Shown here: piece after piece, positions 12,150-24,354 of the stretch
How the letters are laid out: every line of letters begins with the position of its first letter
Numbering within the stretch: position 1 is the first letter of the stretch
NCBI GenBank assembly: GCA_963514005.1
Contig: OY740789.1
Coordinates: forward strand, 72,912,001 to 72,976,000
Direction: 5' to 3'
Source of the DNA: Raja brachyura
Lineage: Eukaryota
Length of the DNA stretch: 64,000 nt
Notes under the pieces: model-generated
Database searches by the model: none
What the model saw: the letters and a program-made list of their open reading frames with translations, nothing else
What the model was told of the DNA's origin: nothing
Translations under genes and position numbers: made by a program

Positions 12150-13825
12150 TCCTCTGCCAGTGCTGGACAGAAGGAGCTGTACTGCAGGATATGAGGGATG
12201 AACAAGGGGCTATACCGCAGGACATGAACATTACCCTATACAAGAACAAGGGCGAGAGAAGCGACTGCAACAACTAGAGGCATCTCTCTCCTCAACATCG
12301 TTGGCAAGATCCTTGCTCAGATCATCTTGATCCACCTGCAGAAGCTGGCAGAACGTGTCTAATCATAGTCACAGTGCGGTTTCCAAGCTGCAAGGTCAAT
12401 TGTGGACATGGTCTTCTCCATTCGCCGCTCCAGGAGAAGTGCAGAGAATAGCGGATGCAACTGTATGTTGCTTTCATTGGCCGCACCAAGGCGTTTGACC
12501 TTGTCAGCAGAGGTGGTCTATTTAAGGCTCTGCCAAAGATCAGCTGCCCACCAAAATTGCAAAGCATGATAGAATCCTTCCGCATCAACACGAAGGGGAC
12601 AGTGCAGTTCAATGGCAGCTTCTCGGAGCCATTTGATATCTGCAGTGGCAATAAACAAGGCTGCGTCCTCGCTCCCACACTCTTTAGGATTTTCTTCGCT
12701 CTGCTCCTGAAACATGCCTTTGGCACTGCAACAGAGGGGATCTACCTGCGTACTAGATCAGATGGCAGGCTCTTCAACCTCACCTGCCTCAGAGCAAAGA
12801 CAAAGGTACGTTAAACTCTCAACAGAAACATGTTGTTTGCCGATGACGCTGCAGTTGTGTCCCACACCCAGCAGGAACTACAGTCACTGATGGAGTGCTT
12901 CTATCGGGCATGCAAAGACTTCGGGCTGACCATCAGCCTGAAGCAGATGAACGTCTTGGGGCAGGATACAGAGGTGCTGCCTGTCATCAGCATCGACGAC
13001 TACGAACTTGATGCTGTCCGTCAGTTCACGTTCCACCATCACCGACAACCTCTCCTTGGACACAGAGATAGATAAGAGGATCGGGGTGGCAGCTACAACT
13101 CTCACTCACCTCACAACTCTAGTGTGGACCAACCCAAAGCTGACAGTGAAGACAATGATAACAGTCTACAACGCCTCTGTCAACAGCACACTGCTGTACG
13201 GCAGTGAGACATGGACTACATATGCCAGGCAGGAGAGAACACCTCAACACCTTCCACTTGAGAAGCATCTGCCCTATCCTGGGCATATCCTGGCAAGACA
13301 GAGTGTCCAACGCTGAGATCCTGTCTAACTCTGGCCTTCCCATTATGTACACTTTACTCAGGCAGTGCAGATTGCGGTGGCTGGGCCAAGTACACCGCAT
13401 GGAGGATGGCCATATTCCAAAAGACATCCTCTATGGAGAGCTGACATCTGGGAGGAGAACCATCAGCCATCCCCAGCTACATTACAAGGATGTCTGCAAG
13501 AGAGATATGAAGGTGCTCAACATCGATGTGGAGTCTTGGGAGTGCATTGCAGCTGACCGCACGAGGTGTAGAGGTACCCTGAACCAAGATCTCAAAACGG
13601 GGGTAGAGAAACTGCTGAACACAGCGGGCATGCAGAAAGGAGCTCAGCAACTTCAACAAACCAGAGGCCACACACAAATGTTACCTTTGCGACAGAGACT
13701 GTCACTCCTGCATTGGTCTCTTCAGCCACAAGCGATGCTGCTCTAGCCGAGGTTTGGAGCAAGCAGCCAACAACTAGTATGATTCACCCATGGTCAGTCA
13801 TGATCGAGGGGGGCCTACTATGATC
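12150..13825 (+). mobile_element. RTE-clade LINE (BovB/Expander-like), 5'-truncated, degenerate RT
   Basis: Fragments LLNIVGKILA, AFIGRTKAFDLVSR, KQGCVLAPTLF, LFADDAA, LLYGSETWT, LRWLGQVHRMEDGHIPKDILYGEL. Confidence 0.9.
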
Positions 13826-14323
13826 CCAGAGTGCTCGCTGCCTAGCTACCATGAAACAAAGCGCGTGATTGATCAATTGGCGTCAGACGCAATGCCAGAC
13901 GTACATTGATTGGACAATTACTACTCGGAAAATTGAAGGTTTTCCCTCATATTTTAAAAATACGTGCAGGTTTTGTTCTTGACGCGTTTCAGGTATGATT
14001 TCTATATTTTTACACTATGTTGAAAATTCAGGTAGTTACGTGATTTGGGTCACAAACTTAAACGAAAAAGCACCTTGGCCCACTGCCTAATTCATCACTA
14101 ATTGGTTCCTACTGTAGTTGGTGCGGGATTCAAGACTTTAATAGAGATTGTACGGCAAGGATTTAGGAAGCAAAGAGAAATGTTTTTAAACATTAAAGCA
14201 AGTTAATTTTACGTTATTTACAAGTGTTTTAACCTAATTCCCTTAAAAACATGTATATTTTAATTCATTTCACTTATTAGCTTTTAAAAACTAAAAATGG
14301 GAGTTTGCTGCTTAAATCATTAA

Positions 14324-17300
14324 TTTTATTTCGAAGTAACATGAGTGACTACGTGAAGAGCCCACCAGCCCGTATGAGCGTCAAGACGTCGACGCATGGC
14401 GCGGGAATCGGAGTAGTTCGAAACTGCTCTGGCAGGTAAGCCAATTTTGTTTTCAGGATGTAGCTGACGGGCGCAGCTATGCAGCTGCCGCAGTTGGAGC
14501 TCCGAACGGGAGCATGCGGCCAAATTTGGAGGCTCCGTAAGGAGCTGGCGGGAAACAAAATTGCGGCTGCCGGCGTGGCCAGGTCTGCGACCGCTGCTAA
14601 GGATTAGCAGCAGCTGGGGGTTTTAAAAATAGCCGCGGCCAAGTCAGCGACTGCTGCTAAGGATTAATAGCAGCCGAGGGTTTTTAAAAATAGCCGTTGC
14701 CAGGACAGCGACCACCATGGAAGCTCAGCTGCCGGGTCAGTATTCGCTGTGGGGGTTTCCACAGCACCTAGCATTTAAAAAATAGCTGCTGCCATCTGTG
14801 GTTGGTTCAGCATATGCTGTAGAGCAGCGTATAGCATATGCTCTATTTATAGGGCAGCTATAAATAGAGCTGGCAGTTTATAATAGCGGTTGCCGCTCGG
14901 CCACGTTTGTGACTATCGTCACAATGGGGCTCCACTGGAGCAGACGGCTGTTCGGAGTATCTTACGGGCAATGCCTGTACAGATTGATGTTCCGAAAGGG
15001 AGTCAGCCGGAGGCCTGACTCCGTGCACCGGAGGCATTAACAGGCAGCTCCAGCCATAAGCCTGTGGCAACACCTGGTTCAGGGTTTCAGTATTCCTCCC
15101 ACTCTGATGAGGGGAGTATTGTAGAATATTACAGAGGTGACTCCGATTATGGGAATATTAACAGGATATCTGAATCCCATGATTTATCGATGATATGTGG
15201 GAGCTACCAGCTCCTGTCACATATTTGCCATCCCTTTGGGGATAGGAGATGCACTGGAGGAAGATCTGGATAAAAGTATTCAGGACATATACAGTCCACA
15301 TAAACTGCCAGACTTTTTGGATGTTCCATACGTCTATTCTATCTGTTGAGATATCCCAGTGATTATATGTAGGCAAGTCCAATATTCGCTCTGGAGTCAT
15401 TACGGACTTTTGCAAGTCAAAAGATGGGTCTCATCTCTCGGAGTGCAGAAAGCTGTATTAATACTTCTCTGTAATACACAGTTGGGGCTGTCACCTTCAC
15501 AAAATGCTATAAGGCATGAGATGATTCCCAAAATGGCTCTTTTTTTACAGGGCCAGTAATGTGCAGCCTGCATTGTATCTCTTCAGAAAAGACTTATGTA
15601 GTAAGTGAAGACTTGCAGGGGTTAGGTAGCTGCAGGAGTGGAGTACCATCCTATGCGGATAAGCTCCAGTTTTCCTGTGGGTTTTTCTCCCTGTATTCAT
15701 AGGAGCAGGAAGCGCCGTTGAAGACATGGAAAGGAGCAGCCTGTTAATCCAGGCTGAGGAAAGCTGGAAGCTCGATCTGCACAGTCAACTCCAGCAAAGG
15801 CTCCAATAAAGGCAAGGACCGCAGGAGCAGGCTCGGAATTATGGCCAGAGTTGTCCTTCGAGGTAGGCTCGGAATTATGGCCAGAGTTGTCCTTTGAGGC
15901 AAGCTCTGGGGAAGCTCCAACGAGCAGGTCGACCTGGGCTCAGAAACGCTGGCAGGTAAGGTCTCTTTATTAAACTGCCGTAAATTCCGAAATGGAGCAG
16001 TCTGTCAACCAGGTTTGGATTCACTGGCAGCATGGGCTGTCTAATACGTTTCAGTCTGTGGAGAGGTCAGGTTGATGCAAAGACATTGGTAGGGTGCCTG
16101 CATGGCAACCTCTCTAAGCTGTAAGTTGCAACTGGCTGCTCATATAGATCTTATTGACCAGGGAAACGCTGCCTCAACATCTGTGATTGAGAGAGTGAGG
16201 TAGTTTGAGGTTTAAACACATGTTTAATTCTTTCAGCTCTAGGATAAGTAGCTACCAGCAGAAAGCCGGTCTGGCATGTAGCATTTTTTTTCTGACCTGC
16301 AGGTTCATGTTGTGAATTTTAAAAAAAATATATATATATACAATAATTTGTAGGCTCTCAATACCAGTATTCCGGATTGAGTGGCTGGTGGAAGACAGAG
16401 TGTTGTGTACACTGGCGACTGAGAGGTGGTTTCAGTCAGAGGACTCCTGGTTCAGGGTTGCATTATGCTATTTTCCATTCTGAGGAAGAAGGCTGAGGTT
16501 TCGTGGTGACTCTGACAGTCAAGAGTTGACAGGGATCGTGTATTCCCACATCAACTGGATGTTGTGTTTCCGCTCTAGTCATCAAGATCTGATTATATGT
16601 TATGAGTAAAATAAATAAATAAATAGATAAATGCATCTTCCAAGGCAAGAGAAGCCAAACGTTTCCTCCATATGGTCAATAAAGGAAATGATGGTTATCC
16701 AAGTGGATACAGAGACGTTTAGTCTGCCCAAGAACAAGAGGGGCATATTTCTGATATTTCTCAAGGTTGTAGCAAAGTGGAGCATGCCAAATCAGGTTAG
16801 GATTTGGCTAGTCTGATCACGTGCCTCGTTACCCACTCTAAAATGGATAATTGGTTTTCAGCAATTTAGCTGATTCAAGAGGATAAGGGCCTCAATTGAT
16901 CTTGAAGATGCATATTTTGCCTTATCTCTTCACGAGAGGCATAGATATATCTGGCGTTTTGATGACAAAGCCAGTGGCGAAGTTTAGGCAGTACCTATGG
17001 GTGTCTTCAGGCCTAGACTATTTACAAAGATTCTATAATGCTGCCCTACTCAGATCAAAAGGGCATTGTGTCATGGAGTTTTTAGACGACACACAAATTT
17101 TGTAGCTGATAAGACTCAGGGGTTTATCAAGAGATGCCTCTTAAGATATTAAGGATAGGCAACATGAAATTTAATCATGCCAAATTTGCCTACTCTTTCA
17201 GAGTGTCCATGGTAAGGCAGCTGAAAGAAGCTCCTTTTTACTCAGTCACGAGTGATGGCTAGCTCAGCCTATTTCACGTGCAGCTAGCTCTGCACGATTG

Positions 17301-18561
17301 TATGGGGACTTTGTGGAGAAGACATGTGAGCTACATTTAAACAGAAGTAGCAGTGCTTTGTTACTCAGTTTGCGCTCAGAGAAGCGATTATGTTATAATA
17401 CAATTGACACTGTTTAAGCTGCTTTGTCATTCTTTATAGTGCCATAAGTGGGACAGTTAATGATTGGTTATTCTCCCATTGTTGACTAACATCAAGCAAG
17501 GTGTTTTTTATGTGACTTCTCTAAAGCCCAGACTCATAGTAGCGTGGAATGTATATCAGTAGATAATTATGCAGATATTCATCTACTGTTTTCCTCATGG
17601 GAGCAGAATGTTTTAAGTTGATTGTGCTTTAGCAGCAGATTCAGCACAAAGAACATACCCTTTACTCAATGCCTGGCTTGATCTCTGGGTCATAACTGAC
17701 ATAAGGGTAGCTTGTTATGAGAATGATCTCATAAAGCTAAATGGGCATGGTTGGGTACAAGTTGGAGTTGCCAGCATATCCACCAGATCGGAGATTGGGG
17801 GTGCTATTATGTATACAGGTACACTGAGCTTGCGGGTATCTATGTGTTGAAGGATACTTTCTTCATTGTTAATTAATAGTTTCAAGAGATTGTTGGTGGC
17901 TCATTAGCAACCAATAGAATGGATATTCCCATTTGTCCATTTTCTTGCAACAGCAGGAGGTTTACATAGTACCCTTTCAGAAGTTATAACATTTTGGTTG
18001 AATATGTCTGAATGATTGCAGAAAGAATTCTGTATAGTGTGGCACAAGTTATTGTCTAACTCAGAAGCCAATTGGGACTATGGTCCGATTAAGAGCAATG
18101 GCCATGTATGCAAGTTAGCATCATGTTGTTAATAACCCATGTCTTTTTACCATATTTCGGTTTATCTGTTTAAGTGTTTCACACACAGATTGGGTTACTG
18201 CATGGAACCACATAGCTTTGAAGGCTTCACAAAGTAACTAACTTTACTTCGAAATAAAATAGAAAGATTAAACGAGAACTTACCGTTTGAAGTTCGATCT
18301 TTATTTTATGAGAAGTTCAAGTGAGGGAATACGTGCCCTCCACTCTCAACCCTGATTCTCATAAAAGATCATCCGGTAACTCTAGTCTCGTTAGTCTTTC
18401 TATAGTTTAAGTTCTGCAACTGGTCTGTGGATTTATACAGTTGCTCTGAAGATTGACGCGCATGCAGGCTGGTGGGCTCTTGACGTATCCCCTCACTTCA
18501 ACGTCTCATAAAATAAAGATCAATCTTCAAACGGTAAGTTCTAGTTTAATCTTTCTATTTT
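14324..18561 (+). mobile_element. DIRS1-type tyrosine-recombinase retrotransposon, degenerate copy 1
   Basis: Left ITR (TACGTGAAGAGCCCACCAGCC..GCGTCAA) is inverted at ~18453-18487. ICR ~18245-18335 is complementary to both the left end (TTTTATTTCGAAGTAA) and the right end. RT remnants ASIDLEDAYF (~16889) and ALLRSKGHCVMEFLDD (~17040-17090); YR-like remnants (SAQR, LATAG). Confidence 0.85.
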
Positions 18562-18749
18562 GTTTCCCTGAGCAGTTAAGGCCAGGTTAGGCTCATCCCA
18601 TTCACCTATGTCAAATGCAGGCAACTAAAGGGGTGTAAGATCTGTGGCGATGATTCAAAGTGGGATGACAGGGCAACATGATCTGACCTCATTTAATAAC
18701 CAGATGGTGCATCTCCATAAACATCCACATTCAAAAGGAGTGAAATAAC

Positions 18750-19850
18750 TGAAATATCACATTTACATAAGTATTCAGACCCTTTACTCAGTACTTTGTT
18801 GAGGCACCTTTGGCAGCGATTACAGCCTCAAGTCTTCAGGAGATGCTACTTGTCACTTTACCTCCCCCCTCGACTCCATTCAAGGACCCAAGCAGTCATT
18901 CCAGGTGCGACAGGGGTTCACCTGCACCTCCTCCAATCTCATCTATTGCATCCGCTGCTCTAGATGTCAGCTGATCTATATTGGTGAGACCAAGTGTAGG
19001 CTTGGTGATCGTCCGCATTAACCAACCTGATCTCCCGGTGCCTCAGCACTTCAACTCCCCCTCCCATTCCGAATCCGACCTTTCTGTCCTGGACCTCCAC
19101 CATGGCCAGAGTGAGCACCACCGGAAATTGGAGGAGCAGCACCTCATATTCCGATTGGGTTCAAGTCCGGGCTCTGGCTGGGCCACTCAAGGACATTCAC
19201 AGACTTATCATGAAGCCTCTCCTGTGTTGTCTTGGATGTGTGCTTCAGGTCATTGTCCTGTTGGAAGGTGAACCTCCACCCCTGTCTGAGGTCCGGAACG
19301 CTCTGGAGCAGATTTACATCAAAGATCTCTCTGTACTTTGCTCTGTTCATCTTTTCCACGATCCCGACTAGTCTCCCAGTTCTTCCCGCTGAAAAACATC
19401 CCCACAGCATGATGCTGCCACCACCATGCTTCATTGTAGATATGGTATTGGCCAGGTGATGAGCGGTGCCTGGTTTCCTCCAGATGCGACGCTTGCCGTT
19501 CAGGCCAAAGTGTTCAATCTTGGTTTCATCAGACCAGAGAATCTTGTTTTGCTGCCTTTTGGCAAACTCCAAGCGGGCTGTCATGTGCCTTTTACTGAGG
19601 AGTGGCTTTCGTCTGGCCGCTCTACCATAAAGGATTGATTGGTGGAGTGCTGCAGATATAGTTGCCCTTCGGGAAGATTCTCACATCTCCACAGAGGAAC
19701 TCTGGAACTTTGGCAGAGTGACCATCGGGTTCTTGGTCACCTCCCTGACCAGGGCTCTTCTCCCCCAATTGCTCAGTTTGGCCGGGCGGCCAGCTCTATG
19801 AAGAGTCCTGGTGGTTCCAAAGTTGTCCATTTAAGAATGACGGAGGCCAC
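18750..19850 (-). mobile_element. Tc1/mariner transposon remnant, split by a Penelope fragment
   Basis: ORF 19144-19584: [45 protein letters not shown] (Tc1 DDE motifs). 3' part CATAAGTATTCAGACCCTTT at ~18766. Confidence 0.9.
18846..19158 (+). mobile_element. Penelope-like element GIY-YIG endonuclease fragment
   Basis: Translates FQVRQGFTCTSSNLIYCIRCSRCQLIYIGETKCRLGDR...[13 protein letters not shown]. Confidence 0.85.
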
Positions 19851-20001
19851 TCTACATTGCAGCCTCTCTGAAGAGAATGGGTGACATTTTGGGTCGAGAC
19901 CCTTCCTTAGACTCCTACACAGAACTGAGAATATTGGAATGCAACAAATCATGCCACTAATGCTCATGGAGGCCACTGAACAAACAGCAAGTTTAACTAG
20001 C

Positions 20002-20682
20002 AATGGCTGCCTCACAAACAGTCTGTCTGTCATTTCCTTCTTTGTGTTTTAATTGTGTTAAATGTATGTTTTTAGTGTTCTTTAGCTTCTTTTATGTGGG
20101 GGGTTGAAGGAATCTCTTACTTCGACGGAGATGCAATTTTCCTTATCGTATCTCCGTCCGCATTGCAGGCTGACATCGTGCGGTTGGCGGTCTTTTCTGA
20201 GACCGATTTTGAGAGTACAACTGTGGTCGCCTGAGGACTTCCCATCGCGGAGCTCGTGATCCTTTTGCCAGGGGTTGACCTCGAAGCTCCAACCGTGGGT
20301 GCTTGCAGACTTTAACATCAGAGCCCGCGGTCTCTGGTCAGCGACTGACTTTGGGAACTCCAAGCCGTGGGAGTTTCAACCGCCCCGATGCGGGAGTTTT
20401 GATCACCCCGACGCGGGGGTTTGACCGCTGGCTACGGGAGCTGCGACTGCCCCTTCGGATTGTTCGACTGCCCCGACCGCAGGAGAATAAAGAGGAAGAA
20501 GTTTGGACTTTTTTGCCTTCCATCAGTGAGGAATGTGGGGAATCCGCTGTGGTGGATGTTTATGTTAAATTTTATGTAGTTGTGTCTTGTTGCTTTTTTT
20601 CCTGTATGGTTGTATGGTAATTAGCATATCACTGCACCTTAATTGATACATGTGACAATAAAAGACCTTTGAAACCCTTTAA
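20002..20682 (+). mobile_element. Rex1-derived non-autonomous retroposon, copy 2
   Basis: Shared blocks with copies 1, 3 and 4 (TTTTGCCTTCCATCAGTGAGGAATGTG, CTGTGGTGGATGT, GTGACAATAAA + CCTTTGAA-type tail). Confidence 0.7.
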
Positions 20683-21364
20683 AGATCATACAGTATTGAC
20701 AGCTTGGTCATATCAAGTTACTTTGTCGTGTGCAGATGGTAATTATCTTAAGAAGTTAATTCAAGTCACCTGGATATTGAACTTACAGAATATTGAATCA
20801 GAAACAGAAGTACAAACCGTCAGTAGAAAAGCATAATTCAACACGAACAGGCAGCAAAGTTTCTGGAAGAAGTTGTATCTTGTGAAATTCTTTTCAGTAT
20901 TTTATTGGGTGGAATTTTGCAGGTGTTCAAATAGACAATAGGTGCAGGAGTAGACCATTCGGCCCTTCGAGCCAGCACCGAGTCAATAAACTGATGAAAT
21001 ATTTTTCTTATTCTTGAGAGATAAAGAAGCACTCGTAAATAATGGCCTCACATTCAGCATAGGCGAGAATCTGCTGTTCAAGACTGTCACGAGTCTTTTT
21101 CTGAATGTCGATTGAATCATAACTAGGTTTGGGGCAGTAATGGGCGTGGGAAATGCTGAGTGATTGTATGGAGAAACAATGCTTTGTTTATACAGGTGGG
21201 GACGGATAAAAGTGAATAATGATTTCCATTTACTGTGGCACAGTTATTTGGAATAAAATGCAACAGTAACAGTGAAAAATTTGGTTTCAAAATTCCCAGG
21301 GGAGACCAATGATACACTTGTTTGTGGGTGGGCGCAGTTTCCTATTGAAAACTTCAACTTGGCT

Positions 21365-21755
21365 TTTCCCTCTCCCCTCCTCCAACCCCCCCTCCCCTCC
21401 TCCAACCCCCCCTCCCCTCCTCCAACCCCCACTCTCCCCTCCTCCAACCCCCCCCTCCCCTCCTCCAACCCCCCCCTCCCCTCCTCCAACCCCCACTCTC
21501 CCCTCCTCCAACCCCCCCTCCCCTCCTCCAACCCCATCTCCCCTCCACTCCCTCCCTTTTCCTCTTCTTCCCACACTCCCCCCTCCTCTCTACCCCTCTT
21601 CTCTCCCATCTCTTCTCTCACCCCTTCCCCCCTTCTCTCTCCCCCGCTCTCTCCCCTCCCCCTCTCCCCCCTCTTCCCCTCCCCACTCTCTGCCCCTTCC
21701 CCCCTCTCTCCCCCCTTCCCCCCCTCTACCCTCCCTCTCCCCCGTCTCACTCTCA
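21365..21755. repeat. Polypyrimidine tract with ~21-bp (CTCCCCTCCTCCAACCCCC) tandem repeats
   Basis: Direct inspection: about 8 units followed by a pure C/T low-complexity tract. Confidence 0.9.
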
Positions 21756-22024
21756 GTTTCCTAGCCTTGTGATCATTCCAGTTGCAGTTGCTGGTCTGTG
21801 CATATTTTGTTATTGATCACCGTTATGCAAGAATGTCGCTCAAACTTCGTAATGGAGGACGGTAGATTTCATTAGTTTACCTGCAGCCCATTGGAGCAGG
21901 CGCAGTATCTCCCAGTAATGCAGTCTTCCCCAATGTGCAAGCATTCATGTAGTGAACTTCTTATAAGAGACATACCTGACAACCAAGGACCCCATTGCTC
22001 TAGTACATAATGAACATACCACTT

Positions 22025-22330
22025 TTAGTTTAGTTTAGAGATACAGCGCAGAAACAGGCTCTTCGGCCCACTGAGTCCGCACTGACCAGCGATCCCTGCA
22101 CATTAACATCGTCCTACACACACTAGGGGCAATTTACACTTATACCAAGCCAATTAACCTACAAACCTGTACGTCTTTGGAGTGTGGGAGGAAACCAAAG
22201 ATATCGGAGAAATCCCACGCGGTCATGGGGAGAACGTACAAACTCCAAACAAACAGCACATAGTCGGGTTCGAACCCGGGTCTCCGGCGCTGCAAGATAG
22301 CAACTCTATTGCTGCATCACTGTGCTGCCC
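22025..22330 (-). mobile_element. tRNA-derived SINE (V-SINE/HE1-like)
   Basis: (TTTAG)n tail on the plus strand, core TGTACGTCTTTGGAGTGTGGGAGG, GGTTCGAACCCGGG B-box-like motif. Related copies at ~27450-27570, 40960-41290 and 52730-52930. Confidence 0.75.
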
Positions 22331-22688
22331 AAACATACAGTTACTGCTCTTCATCTGGCTGCCCAGTCCTCTCCAATGCCAAGGCAGCACTCTAATTCTG
22401 CAGCCTCTCATTGTAGTAATATTCCCCTGCACTGGAAGAGTGCCACATACTGTGGTATCCCATCAATGCCATCAGCTGCTAAAATCTTCCATCATTATTC
22501 TGCAAACCTCAAAAGTAAAGATCTTTATGGGACTTCCAGACAATGTTGGGGTGATCCATAGCACTGATTTGTCATTATAAAGAGGCAATTGAACAATTAC
22601 GAGTCAAATGATTCATTTCACTACAGTACCAGTAAGGTACAATAATGTGTAAAATGTCTGCAATATAAAATATATTGATTTAAGTTGT

Positions 22689-22694
22689 TTTATT
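22689..22694 (-). terminator. Candidate polyadenylation signal of the MGA-like gene
   Basis: AATAAA on the minus strand ~170 bp beyond the inferred ancestral stop codon (22865-22867). Confidence 0.35.
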
Positions 22695-22864
22695 GCAAGG
22701 CCATATGAGCCCTTACCACAGGAGGTTCTAATCAGGTCTGTTAGCAGTATGAATTGCCTGAAAAAATAGTACTCTCTCGACAAAAGAAAACACAAAAAAC
22801 GTAAGAAAAGTTTTGGCTACACATTTTAAAAACCATATTGTGAAATACAGTATTTACACATCTT

Positions 22865-23791
22865 CTAATAGACACTTATAGCAACTTCTGGACTCTCCCA
22901 GCTGGTTTGTTGTGGGGAGGAGATCCGAGCCAAAGCAGGCATAGGCTTGCTACTCTCTGGAGAATTCTCAGATTCTGACTCAGTCTGTTCTTATGACTCA
23001 CCTTTCCCAGATCCCCTAAAGGGCCTGTCCCACTTTCATGATCTAATTCACAACCTTTTTTACTCGTGGACATTTTTCATCAGGCTAGAAAAAAACGCCG
23101 CAAACTACTTGATGCCATGTGTACCTATGACTAGCATCACGACCTGCTACAACCTCGTGACGAATCTGAGTCAAGGGCAAACTCGGCTGAGATTGTGAAT
23201 TAGATTGTGAAAGTGGGACAGGCCCTTAACTAAACCAAGCGGTGTCAGCTTAGGCATGGGTCTCCAGAGCAGATCCAAAGAACTTGGGATCTCTGTATTT
23301 GTTGAAAAGGAGGTTGTCTTCATATGGATCAGTGGGGGAGGAGAAACATTTACTGAACTATTGGAACCACTCGCAGAGTTCCCCTCAAAGTCCAGTGTGC
23401 AATTATCTAACTTACTCTATGAATCCACAGGCATCTCATCGCCAAGCAATTGTTCAACATTCAAGTCTTCTCTTTCCAGCTGCAACACCAGGGGACTGGT
23501 GGAGCCACCACTCTCCCTCCCTCCCTCTTGCTTCAGTACTGTTGCATTGTCAACAGCATCGATGTCCATCAGACTTACTGGTCCATGCTGTCCCCTTGGT
23601 TTCCACTGCCAATAAAGCCCAATGTGTGGTGGTCTGACATTGATCAGAGAAATGCTGATTTAAAAACGCAAGCTTGTTTAAAGGTGAAGTGAATGGCTCA
23701 TATCTCTGTGTCCACCATGTCACCAGTTGCTGAGCCATTTGCGTTCAACAATGGTTCGAGGAGCTGAGATGCTGATAGTTCTGCATCTCTG
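22865..23791 (-). pseudogene. mga: Decayed ancestral C-terminal coding region of the MGA-like last exon (now presumably 3' UTR)
   Basis: MGA C-terminal motifs in different frames: EPFTSPLNKLAFLNQHF, STSPLVLQLERED, VSPPPLIHMKT, LWRPMPKLTPLGL, ESSKPMPALARI. In-frame TAG 23417-23419, TAA 22991-22993, MITE at 23020-23226. Confidence 0.8.
23020..23226. mobile_element. PIF/Harbinger-type MITE, 207 bp, TAA TSD
   Basis: TIRs AGGGCCTGTCCCACTTT / AAAGTGGGACAGGCCCT flanked by TAA (23017-23019, 23227-23229). Confidence 0.88.
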
Positions 23792-24354
23792 TCACTGCCC
23801 ACCAGCTTTGTCCTTACTGCACGCCTGCAATCGGTCACTCATAACCTGCAGTTCCAATTTATCTCCAAGTATTATCTCAGTCTCAGACGTCGACTTCCCT
23901 GGGACCAAATCTTGATTCCAAGAATGCCTTGCACAAGATACTGCGGTTCCATCAGGCAAACCAGACAAATCCAGCTCTTTGGGTAAATCAGCGTTCTTGT
24001 CAGCATTCATTGAACGAGAATCTGCAGTCTGTTGGGTATGTTGCTGGGCACATTCGGAATCTGTGGCCTCTGATGAAACAAGAAATGACATGGCCTCACT
24101 TTCATCAGGTGCAGTAAACTGCCCAGATGACGGCGAGTTGCTCTTTATAATGGGCAAACTTGGTTTATTACTGGTCATAGGACTGAGCTGTTCTTGTGAT
24201 GTATACTTCCTTCCTTTCATGCTGAAATCACGTGACTGTGGAACCAGTGCACAAGAATCATTCGCTTCTTCTAGATTTAGCAATGGGGATTCGCCAGTTG
24301 CCAATGACGTTACATTCACTATTCTCGGCATCATGAATGAAGACACTTCATCAT
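23792..24354 (-). CDS. mga: MGA-like, last coding exon (ends at premature TGA)
   Basis: Acceptor ..CCCTAG|AT, phase 1. DDEVSSFMMPRIVNVTSLAT matches the MGA motif FMMPRIVNVTSLAT. Stop TGA at 23792-23794. Confidence 0.88.

Noticed and set aside
18245-18561. Stand-alone MITE or miRNA hairpin (long inverted repeat; also 32640-32943)
   Set aside because: Fully explained as the ICR/right-terminus complementarity of DIRS elements.
22230-22330. tRNA gene (GGTTCGAA B-box-like motif)
   Set aside because: It is the tRNA-derived head of a SINE with core and (TTTAG)n tail; no full cloverleaf is evident.
23792-23794. TGA readthrough or selenocysteine recoding of the MGA last exon
   Set aside because: Four more stops follow in the same frame, and the conserved motifs need frameshifts. 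Decay explains it better.
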